A DNA stretch of 11,813 nt from IMG/VR virus record IMGVR_UViG_2663763428_000005. One strand, 5' to 3'. How positions within the stretch are numbered: position 1 is the first letter of the stretch; the number at the start of each line of letters is the position of its first letter. Source of the DNA: a virus. Taxonomy: Duplodnaviria > Heunggongvirae > Uroviricota > Caudoviricetes. Shown piece by piece: positions 1-7,709 of this stretch. A program made the translations under genes and the position numbers. The notes below the pieces were generated by a model. That model saw only the letters and a list, made by a program, of their open reading frames with translations. It had not been told where the DNA came from and made no database searches.

Positions 1-110
1 AGCTAGAAGTTTCAAATGATTAGATATTTAACATTACCCATATTCAATCAAAAAAATAACGCCCTGCCATTTCAAGTAAAAATTACCAATATTTTCAGAT
101 AGTAGTGGCG

Positions 111-1088
111 TTAATTTTCTTCAGTTTTTTTATTTTTTCTTGCAGGAAGTTTAGGCTTATATGCATTAACAAAAAGTTGATATGAATCCTGTAATGATAA
201 TCCGGGAAGGGTATCGTTTTTGGCACTAAATATTGCATAATACTTTTCGTATCGACTTATATCTTTTTCAAACACCCATGTCCATTCAGAATCATATAGT
301 CTTTCCCCTCCTTTTTCCTTATTTTTGTTCTCAACTGTACGATTAATTATAAATTTGAAAACGGTATTATTCAAAGTTCTAATAAAATTCTCAACAATAA
401 ATGCGATTTGCTCGAGATCATCATTATTGAGTATTATCGGTTTTTCTAAGTGCTTCATATGTTCAGCCAATCCTAGTCGGATTGCATTTTTCGAACCCAA
501 CTTACCAAATCGATGAACACAACAATGCCTTAACTCGCAAACTTTCATGAATTCGCTTGAGCATTTCATCATTTCGATTGGTCGTTGTCCTTTCATTCCA
601 ATAATGTCCTTTAATGTTTCAAAAACATTATAAGGGCTTGCCAATGAAAAGTCCTCAAGTAAAGCTTCTGGTAATAACTCCTTTTTATGGTGTTGTGCCG
701 CTGCATAACTAACGGCCTTATCAGAAACTATAGACTGTATATATTCATCATGATTAATTAGATTTCTGATAAGAGCTCGCAAATAACTTTCGGCTGCAGA
801 CACATAACCTAATAACAACAGATGGCTTAATGTGTTTGAAATATCACCAGATCTTAACAAGTGAAGTTGCTTTGTATTAGCTATAAAAAGATCTAACGGG
901 GATTCCTTGCTATCAACAGGTAACTCATTAAATTTTTTGTGTGTCTCAAACGAAAAAACTAGAGCTGGATTACTACATAGTTCAAAAAACTCTCTTCCAT
1001 CTAAGTTATCATGGGTTGCAGTGACAACTGAGGACGCCACATTATGATGAGTGGTCTCTTCATAATCCTCTTTTGATTCTAGTTCCAT
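111..1088 (-). CDS. Hypothetical protein, third gene of the MTase-ATPase operon; possible HEPN-like or other nuclease effector (speculative)
   Basis: Long minus-strand ORF (track 111..1214, which opens on a TTG). In-frame ATGs at 1181, 1148 and 1088; 1088 (MELESKEDYEE...) is chosen because it has a purine-rich stretch upstream and a hydrophilic N-terminus, but the start is uncertain. The ORF overlaps or abuts the upstream ATPase stop at 1159. Contains 'ELRHCCVHRFGK', which fits the HEPN Rx4-6H signature; this short motif can occur by chance. Stop TAA at 111-113. Confidence 0.55.
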   Translation of the reverse strand: MELESKEDYEETTHHNVASSVVTATHDNLDGREFFELCSNPALVFSFETHKKFNELPVDSKESPLDLFIANTKQLHLLRSGDISNTLSHLLLLGYVSAAESYLRALIRNLINHDEYIQSIVSDKAVSYAAAQHHKKELLPEALLEDFSLASPYNVFETLKDIIGMKGQRPIEMMKCSSEFMKVCELRHCCVHRFGKLGSKNAIRLGLAEHMKHLEKPIILNNDDLEQIAFIVENFIRTLNNTVFKFIINRTVENKNKEKGGERLYDSEWTWVFEKDISRYEKYYAIFSAKNDTLPGLSLQDSYQLFVNAYKPKLPARKNKKTEEN

Positions 1089-1158
1089 TTTCCCGACTCT
1101 TTTTAAATTAAACTTTTCAGATAAGAAAGACACGATTGACAAGTACATGCCATCAAAA

Positions 1159-2865
1159 TTAAGACAAAAACTCTTCAACATGTAATAACACTTTGTCCAT
1201 AATTTTATTGGCAATTTTGGGTCCTATTCTGTGAATTTTTCTTAACTCACTCCCAGGGTCTTGTAAAGACAATACATCTCCTATAGTTTTTACTTTTTCC
1301 AGCCCAGATAGTTTTTGCATTTGCCAAGATGTTAGATGTGGTACTTTTGACAGTGGAATAGACATGCACTGATTATAGGCCGACTCATCAATCAATTGAT
1401 TCCCACAATGATGGCAAAATTTTTGATTGTCAGTCAATCGCGGAGTCTTGCAGTTATTGCATGGAGGTAAAGTTAGTTTAAGTCTCGCAAGTTGCTCAGC
1501 ATTGAATAATGATGAAATGTTTCTTCTGACAGGATGCTTAGCATTCTTTCTTAGTATTTTTTGAATAATCTGAGAAGGAGAAAAACCTCTACTTCCTTCG
1601 TTAAACACTCTTTCCTTTATTAATAAAGCATAATGAGGTATATATCTTTCATAAGTACGCCCATCACCATGAGAAATATCAGGAAGATTATAAAAAAGCC
1701 CTGTTTCAATTAATAGCTTAGTGAGTCGAGAAAAATAAACATTATCATTTTTCTCTATACCGATTATGACTTGTTTCTCTTCTTTATATTGGGAGTTACT
1801 TTCCTTGAGTAATTCGACTACTTTTAATAAAAGTGATTCACCTAATGAAACAATGTCAAACAATCGAGGTAGCTTATCTTTTAGTGAACTGTATTCGCTG
1901 AGTCTAAGCTCAACATACCTTTCAATTATTTTATTAAATTTTTGCTGAGTTGTCTGACTTAAAGTTGTTTGATAATCTCTTAACATCATCAAAAAAGAAC
2001 GTGGAATACCAAATGCTGAGAATTTAAATAACTCTTTCAAGTCATCCGGAATGCCATCATACCCAGGAAACCTTGCCTGCGCTATAGCATCCATCACTGA
2101 GGAATAATTAGGGTGCTGTACCGAAATCCAAGCATCAATTGTTTCAGCATCATGAGCAACATGAAACCTTGGGCCATATTCGGTTGTTCCAGGATAAACC
2201 GATGCCTTTAAAGCTATTTTTGAGGTTTTTAGACTACGTACAATATCAAAAAACTCGTAAAGATATTCAGGAGTTAAGCTTATTGCTGCATCGTCTAATA
2301 AAATAATGACTCTTTTACGTTCAAGCCAATCACATAGTGAACTCAACGAGGATATAACAGAAGAAACACTGATCAATTGAACAATGTTTTCTTGTTCTAA
2401 TGATGGCGAAAGACCCTGCTCAAGCCTTACGATTAAATTAATTAGGAACTCTTTATCCGCTATGAGTATCGTTGACAAATCAAGATATTCAGAATCTTCA
2501 ATATCGCAAGCAATTTCATAAGCAGAGAGTAGTATCTTTGCTAATACCCATTTATGAAAGAGATCAATTGCATTTGGTTTATTTTTTAAAAGCGGCTCTA
2601 ACTTAAAATATTTATTAAAAGAAACATAGAGTGGTAATGGTGCGTTATCATCGTTTTTACATTCAACCCAAGCATAACGCATCAAATGTGTTTTACCACA
2701 TCCCCTAGGACCAACTATAAGTTTGATGCCTGGGGATATAAGAGCATTATGTATAATATCGAAAAACTCTCCAGTTCTGATAGTATTATTTTTTATCGTA
2801 TCCTCATCAATATAATCAGCTCGTTCCTCGATAAGAAAATTACTATCTAATTCCACATCAGTCAT
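1159..2865 (-). CDS. P-loop NTPase (AAA+/ORC-Cdc6-like) with C-terminal CxxC...CxxC zinc ribbon and helix-hairpin-helix-like tail
   Basis: 568-aa ORF. Walker A 'GPRGCGKTH' near the N-terminus, Walker B 'VIILLDDA', C-terminal 'CNNCKTPRLTDNQKFCHHCG' (four-Cys zinc ribbon), then a Gly-rich 'RIGPKIANKI' segment typical of HhH DNA-binding motifs. ATG at 2865 overlaps the MTase stop (2858-2860) by 8 nt, indicating translational coupling. Confidence 0.85.
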   Translation of the reverse strand: MTDVELDSNFLIEERADYIDEDTIKNNTIRTGEFFDIIHNALISPGIKLIVGPRGCGKTHLMRYAWVECKNDDNAPLPLYVSFNKYFKLEPLLKNKPNAIDLFHKWVLAKILLSAYEIACDIEDSEYLDLSTILIADKEFLINLIVRLEQGLSPSLEQENIVQLISVSSVISSLSSLCDWLERKRVIILLDDAAISLTPEYLYEFFDIVRSLKTSKIALKASVYPGTTEYGPRFHVAHDAETIDAWISVQHPNYSSVMDAIAQARFPGYDGIPDDLKELFKFSAFGIPRSFLMMLRDYQTTLSQTTQQKFNKIIERYVELRLSEYSSLKDKLPRLFDIVSLGESLLLKVVELLKESNSQYKEEKQVIIGIEKNDNVYFSRLTKLLIETGLFYNLPDISHGDGRTYERYIPHYALLIKERVFNEGSRGFSPSQIIQKILRKNAKHPVRRNISSLFNAEQLARLKLTLPPCNNCKTPRLTDNQKFCHHCGNQLIDESAYNQCMSIPLSKVPHLTSWQMQKLSGLEKVKTIGDVLSLQDPGSELRKIHRIGPKIANKIMDKVLLHVEEFLS

Positions 2866-4066
2866 GTTTAATCCTTACAAGATGTATTTTTTTTAATGCA
2901 TCCATTGTAATATGTTGTGCGGCTACACCACTACTCGCTCGAGATAATTCCTCTTGCCCATCTTGAGAACAAAGAAAATCAAATAGTTTTTTCTTATCTC
3001 CACCAGAGGCTCGTATCAGAAAAATACAGTCACTGATATAAGAATAGCCGCTCTCAACAAACAATATTTTTTTATGAAAATTTCGCCCAACTCTTGCTAT
3101 TAATATATCACCAGGCTTAGCAATGACATCTAATTTTGATGGCTTCAATTCTTCTACAGAGTTGCAGTGGAATTTAATGTACTTTTCATCACCACTAAAT
3201 TTTGTCGTATGAAAAACATGTTCCGTAATTTCCTTTGAATTAAACCTACCTCTAAAAATTGAAATATTTTTAAGCATCCCTATTGTGCTAAACCCTTTAC
3301 CTTCATTTTTATTATAATGATAAGAGTAGTCCATTCTCTCAACCGCATCTTCTTTTCTAATTAAAACAGAAGGCGACAATTCCCCATCTTTAGTTATACA
3401 ATGTAATTGTATTTTATGATGAGGCATAATTTTTTTATTAAAAATTAAAATATGTGTTTTAGCCTCTGTCCTTTTGAAGATATTCCTAGGCAATTCAATG
3501 ACTTTTGTAATTGAATGTTCATTCAATAAATATCGTCTTAAACCTATAAACTTTCTTGCTGTAAATATACCATCAGGTAAAATTATTCCAGCCTCACCGC
3601 CCTTTTTAAGAAACCTGATGACTTGAGATATAAATATTATCTCTGCTGGGACATATTTTGAGACAGATATATATTTATCTGCGCCAATCTCACTAATGAT
3701 TTTAAAATAATCATCCCTCCATTCAGGGAGAGTGAATGGAGGATTACATACTGCAACATCAAAATTTCCTTGATGTCGGGCAAGCATTTCAGGAAATGAA
3801 TGAACAAGGGCATCTGTTACAATATGAGTAAGATTATCACATACTTTTTTTGACATCCGAGATTCTATATCCAAAGAATATGCTTCTGCATTCTTCCATC
3901 GGTCTAAAGCAGCATAGGTTAAGCTCCCCTCACCAGAAGCTAAATCAATAATATTATTGACTTTTTCAGCTTTCATCTGAGAAACCAATAATGCACTTAT
4001 GGATTCTTTTGTATAGTATCTTCCGAGACTATCTCGTTGTGTGAATGGCATATAGTTACTGTTCAT
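2858..4066 (-). CDS. N6-adenine DNA methyltransferase (gamma-class, TaqI/Eco57I-like catalytic domain plus C-terminal putative target-recognition domain)
   Basis: 402-aa ORF. 'GRYYT' N-terminal motif (as in HsdM/PglX-type MTases), SAM-binding motif I 'DLASGEGS', catalytic motif IV 'NPPF' ('VAVCNPPFTLPEW') about 65 residues later. The roughly 250-aa C-terminal remainder is long enough for a target-recognition domain. First gene of a 3-gene coupled operon. Confidence 0.9.
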   Translation of the reverse strand: MNSNYMPFTQRDSLGRYYTKESISALLVSQMKAEKVNNIIDLASGEGSLTYAALDRWKNAEAYSLDIESRMSKKVCDNLTHIVTDALVHSFPEMLARHQGNFDVAVCNPPFTLPEWRDDYFKIISEIGADKYISVSKYVPAEIIFISQVIRFLKKGGEAGIILPDGIFTARKFIGLRRYLLNEHSITKVIELPRNIFKRTEAKTHILIFNKKIMPHHKIQLHCITKDGELSPSVLIRKEDAVERMDYSYHYNKNEGKGFSTIGMLKNISIFRGRFNSKEITEHVFHTTKFSGDEKYIKFHCNSVEELKPSKLDVIAKPGDILIARVGRNFHKKILFVESGYSYISDCIFLIRASGGDKKKLFDFLCSQDGQEELSRASSGVAAQHITMDALKKIHLVRIKHD

Positions 4067-4307
4067 TTTTTATACTCATCTTAAGTACGCTACCGCCCTA
4101 GGCGTTACGGCTACCCAAGAACCAACACAATCATGTAATCTATTGATATTTATAAACTTATCTTCAAATCTTTCAGCCCTAGAACCTAAAAAAGATAGAA
4201 GTGTAGGTAACAAAGGGCGATCGGATATAGGGCTAATGTTTAAACTTAAGTATCAAAATATACGGTTTTAGGTCATTTTCCTAATCAATCCTATCATCAC
4301 GTCAAAT

Positions 4308-5516
4308 CTACTTTGTAGCGTTCACCAGCAAAGAAATACATGAATTATGATTAGCGTTTATATAGTCCGCATACCACTGCATCATCTCCCTACGTCCTTC
4401 CAAATACAACGCATGGTTATACGTCCCACGAATCGCATTTTTATCAACGTGAGCCAGCTGGGTTTCAATCCACGCTGTATTGAAACCTTCCTCATGCAAA
4501 ATCGTACTCATCGTGTGACGGAAACCATGCCCCGTTACCCTCCCCGTATATCCAATCCGCTTAAAAACCTGATTAATACTCGCTTCACTCATCGTCTTGC
4601 GGGGATCATTACGTCCCGGGAACACCAGTGGATATTGCCCTGACATCACTTTGAGTTGCTGTACGATTTCCAGCGCTTGGGTAGAGAGGGGGACAAGGTG
4701 AGGCCGTTTCATCTTCATACGCTCGGCAGGTATCTCCCACACCGCTTTTTCAAGATCAAACTCACTCCAGAAAGCACCTCGGAGTTCGCCAGTGCGAACT
4801 CCCGTGAGGATCAGCAGACGTGCCGCAAGAACAACTAACGGGCTTCCTGTGTAGCCTGCGAGAGCTTTAAAAAAGTCTGGTAACTCCTCAACAGTAAGGA
4901 AGGGATAATGCTTCGATTCATGCCCTGACATCGCGCTGGTAAGATCCGCTGCAGGATTGTATTCCGCACGACCGGTTACGATGGCGTAACGAAAGACTTC
5001 GCTGCAACGCTGGCGAACCTTCTTGGCCTTCTCTGTCGCGCCACGGCTTTCAATTCGACGCAGCACATTAAGCAGAACCAGCGGTTTGATTTCATTCACC
5101 GGTTGTTGGCCAATATAGGGAAAAATATCTTTATTAAAGGCTTCGATAATGTCCGAGGCATAACCTTCTGACCATCGGCTCACCTTCGTTCCATGCCATT
5201 CAAGTGCCACAGCCTGAAACGTATTATTTAGCTGCACATCTCGAACCAGCTTTTCTTCTTTCTTGGCAAGCGATGGATCGATACCTTCGGCAAGCTTTTT
5301 CTTGGCGTCGTCACGCAGTGCCCTCGCTTGTGCAAGGGACACTGCCGGATAGACACCAAAGGCCATACGCTTCTCTTTTCCATTGAAGCGATATTTCATC
5401 CGCCAGTATCTGGAACCAGAGGGAACAACCTCAAGATACAAACCAGCACCATCTGCCAGCTTATAGGCTTTCTCTCTGGGTTTAGCTGCGTCTACCTGTC
5501 GCGCATTAAGTTTCAT
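4308..5516 (-). CDS. int: Tyrosine site-specific recombinase, P4-type (tRNA-targeting) integrase
   Basis: N-terminus 'MKLNARQVDAAKPREKAYKLADGAGLYLEV...' is the canonical P4-like integrase arm-binding region. C-terminal catalytic residues are in 'HGFRHTMST' and '...GTYNHALYLEGRREMMQWYADYI' (R...HxxR...Y). ATG at 5516 has an AGGGAG Shine-Dalgarno upstream; the ORF track extends to 5555 with alternative upstream starts. Lies 164 bp downstream of a tRNA 3'-end repeat in the same orientation. Confidence 0.92.
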   Translation of the reverse strand: MKLNARQVDAAKPREKAYKLADGAGLYLEVVPSGSRYWRMKYRFNGKEKRMAFGVYPAVSLAQARALRDDAKKKLAEGIDPSLAKKEEKLVRDVQLNNTFQAVALEWHGTKVSRWSEGYASDIIEAFNKDIFPYIGQQPVNEIKPLVLLNVLRRIESRGATEKAKKVRQRCSEVFRYAIVTGRAEYNPAADLTSAMSGHESKHYPFLTVEELPDFFKALAGYTGSPLVVLAARLLILTGVRTGELRGAFWSEFDLEKAVWEIPAERMKMKRPHLVPLSTQALEIVQQLKVMSGQYPLVFPGRNDPRKTMSEASINQVFKRIGYTGRVTGHGFRHTMSTILHEEGFNTAWIETQLAHVDKNAIRGTYNHALYLEGRREMMQWYADYINANHNSCISLLVNATK

Positions 5517-5574
5517 TGGGGGCATCTCCCTAGACCGAACACAAAATGCCCCCACTTATGCCCCCAACTGCGAC

Positions 5575-5658
5575 TTGATTTCGGTTGAGTCTAGTTGATA
5601 ACAGGAGATAAGATACGGGCCAGAAACCGCAGTATACGAGCTTTTAGTTGATTTCGGT
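5575..5658. repeat. Direct repeats between tRNA repeat and int start; putative integrase arm-type or regulatory sites
   Basis: Exact 11-mer 'TTGATTTCGGT' at 5575-5585 and 5648-5658; 'AGTTGAT' at 5593-5599 and 5646-5652. Located in the int promoter/att region. Confidence 0.4.
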
Positions 5659-5679
5659 AGACTTGGGAAGAGTTTGAAA

Positions 5680-5725
5680 TGGTGCCGATAATAGGAGTCG
5701 AACCTACGACCTTCGCATTACGAAT
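5680..5725 (-). repeat. Partial tRNA-Thr(CGU) 3' end (about 46 nt, anticodon loop to CCA); attachment-site (att) repeat, not an intact tRNA
   Basis: Reverse complement of 5680-5725 reads 'ATTCGTAATGCGAAGGTCGTAGGTTCGACTCCTATTATCGGCACCA', matching the 3' part of enterobacterial tRNA-Thr(CGU) (thrW-type) as remembered. The sequence beyond 5725 does not supply the required 5' acceptor strand 'GCCGATA' or a D-arm, so the tRNA is truncated. Confidence 0.8.
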
Positions 5726-6421
5726 TATAAGAATCCGCTTCTAATTCAAAGTATTACCCCATCAACACTGTGCTCACACGTCCCACCACATCAAAACATG
5801 TAAAGCCTTGCAAGCCATTGTGAGGCCTTATGTGTCTCAGTTTTGTCCCACCTTGTATTATGACTTGCATAGCCAATGAAGATAAACGTGACGACAAACA
5901 GCGCAGCAGTCTTCTTTTCTTTCACACTTTCCCCAATCAGCATACATACTTTCTACCATAACTGTAGTGAATGTCTGTTATGAGCGAGCAAAAGAGATTC
6001 AATTACCGGGGAATTACTCCGACATAAGCTCTCCCAGAAACACCGGAACAGCGATTCGCATATTCTCTTCTATACTTTCAGTCTGACCGGCTGGAGATTT
6101 CATAGCAAGAAAATGGATGAGCCAAGACCTATGCGGGAAAGAGGCTGAGGAAATAATTGCCGATAGCACTGTGCCCGACGAAAAGTTAATCTGGCACGCA
6201 ATGACGCGCGTCCTTGGGGCATCAGGAATCAGAGAGCCAACTTAACAACCCATTATATATTATTTAACCGGACTGTTACATGTACAAAGTTCAATGATTA
6301 GTGATTCTGTGACGCCACATACAACCTAAGCCCCTGATATAAAACCAGTCTATGCAACACCTAAAAATCATATATGATAGGGTGATAAGTCAACGCGCAG
6401 TATAAAAATTAAGCTAAAAAA

Positions 6422-6472
6422 TGCTTTCAGCATAGTGAATCTATTTCACACTACATAATTAAGGATGAAAAA
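6422..6472 (+). promoter_or_regulatory. Putative promoter/operator region of the ParA-like operon
   Basis: AT-rich leader with two small inverted repeats ('TGCT-TTC-AGCA' 6422-6432; 'GTGAA-TCTAT-TTCAC' 6435-6449), a -10-like 'CATAAT' (6454-6459) and an 'AAGGATG' Shine-Dalgarno ahead of the ATG at 6473. Confidence 0.3.
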
Positions 6473-7318
6473 ATGACTGCACCAGTAATTAGTTTTATCA
6501 ATATGAAAGGTGGGGTTGGTAAAACAACTTTATGCGTTGGGATTGCTGAGTTTTTAGCCAACCATATGGGGCGCAAGGTTCTAGTTATCGATATTGATCC
6601 TCAATTTAATGCCACTCAGTCCTTAATGGGGCATTATGATCGAGTAGAAGAATATATGACTGCCCTTCGCCCTAATAATCAAACCATTCGAAAGATTTTT
6701 GAGCTTCCAAATTCATTAATGGAAGATGAAAAGAAAGTGACACCAGAACAGGTCATTACTAAAGTTTCAGACAATCTTGATATTATCTTAGGTGATATAA
6801 ACATTATCTTTGATACTAACCAAGAGGGTATTAGAATAAAAATGTTGCGTAAATTCATCACCGAAAATGACTTAAAAGAAAGTTACGACTATATCTTTAT
6901 CGATAGCCCCCCAACAATCTCATTATTTACAGATACCGCACTCCTTGCTTCTGATTATTATCTTACTCCGGTTAAAATTGATCACTACTCGGTGCTTGGA
7001 GCAAGCAGTTTAAATAGCGTTATAAGAAATATGCGCACACATCATGAGAAAGAAATCAAGCAAGTCGGTTACATTTATACAAACACTGATGCTGAAATGA
7101 CCAATAAAACAAGGGAAATTAAAGAACAATTCGAAAACCATACTCAATTTACAAATTTTTATTTCTTTGAAAATCAATTAACCTACGTGCGTGATTTAAT
7201 GGTAGGTTATCAAGGAAATATTCCTTCTTGTTATTCAAAGTCACGCCAAGATATAGAAAAGATCTGTAACGAATTTATTAACAGAGTGGCTCACTTGGAA
7301 GGTAACACAAATGAATAA
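6473..7318 (+). CDS. ParA/MinD-family (deviant Walker A) ATPase
   Basis: 281-aa ORF. Deviant Walker A 'NMKGGVGKTT', 'VIDIDPQ' motif, Walker B-like 'IFIDSPP'. Good Shine-Dalgarno. Stop overlaps the next gene's start (ATGAATAA). Confidence 0.88.
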   Translation: MTAPVISFINMKGGVGKTTLCVGIAEFLANHMGRKVLVIDIDPQFNATQSLMGHYDRVEEYMTALRPNNQTIRKIFELPNSLMEDEKKVTPEQVITKVSDNLDIILGDINIIFDTNQEGIRIKMLRKFITENDLKESYDYIFIDSPPTISLFTDTALLASDYYLTPVKIDHYSVLGASSLNSVIRNMRTHHEKEIKQVGYIYTNTDAEMTNKTREIKEQFENHTQFTNFYFFENQLTYVRDLMVGYQGNIPSCYSKSRQDIEKICNEFINRVAHLEGNTNE

Positions 7319-7709
7319 ACAATTAATTAAAGCGCTCAATAAAGCTAATAATATGCCCATGACCAAAGAAAACTTCTTAGGCTTGGTAATTATGTTGATT
7401 CTTTCAAAAGAGGTTTTTAGATCAAATTTTGATGTTAGTAAATTTATTAACAAAACCTTCAAAATATCTTTTTTGAATTATGCTGTACGGTCAAGAACTT
7501 TGATGTGCGCTAAAATTTGCAGACATATTAATGAATTAAGTGAGAATGACATAAAGATGGCTTATACGCATTTCTTAAACAACATTAACACATTAGACAT
7601 TATTTTTAATGATGCAAATAAAACAAGCCAAAAACCCACATCTAAAAGCAAGCATGCTATAAGGAATTTAAATATTTGGATTAATGCAAATAAAAAGGAA
7701 GAAGAATAA
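7311..7709 (+). CDS. Hypothetical protein (132 aa), coupled to ParA-like ATPase
   Basis: ATG at 7311 preceded by a 'GGAAGG' Shine-Dalgarno and overlapping the ParA stop; Lys/Asn-rich basic C-terminus. No recognisable domain by eye. Its stop overlaps the next start (TAATG). Confidence 0.6.
   Translation: MNKQLIKALNKANNMPMTKENFLGLVIMLILSKEVFRSNFDVSKFINKTFKISFLNYAVRSRTLMCAKICRHINELSENDIKMAYTHFLNNINTLDIIFNDANKTSQKPTSKSKHAIRNLNIWINANKKEEE

Noticed and set aside
325-516. Short ORFs embedded in or antisense to the larger genes (325..516, 1766..1948, 4347..4643, 4656..4838, 5204..5386, 5328..5588, 6679..6861, 7241..7462, 7562..7777, 9264..9512, 10020..10202, 10385..10582)
   Set aside because: Each lies entirely within or antisense to a longer ORF that has recognisable motifs; they have low-complexity or odd composition and no Shine-Dalgarno context. 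Most likely spurious.
111-4066. Classical type II R-M pair (MTase plus identifiable restriction endonuclease)
   Set aside because: No ORF with a recognisable PD-(D/E)xK, HNH or GIY-YIG signature was identified next to the MTase. The partners are an ATPase and an unknown protein, so the locus is reported as a candidate new module rather than a standard R-M system.
4067-4307. Specific promoter or controller-protein operator for the MTase operon
   Set aside because: This intergenic region must hold the operon promoter, but no confident -35/-10 pair or C-protein-like palindrome could be picked out by eye.
5680-5755. Intact tRNA-Thr gene on the minus strand
   Set aside because: Only the 3' 46 nt match tRNA-Thr(CGU). 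The sequence where the 5' acceptor strand and D-arm should be cannot pair with the 3' acceptor strand, so it is an att-site fragment.
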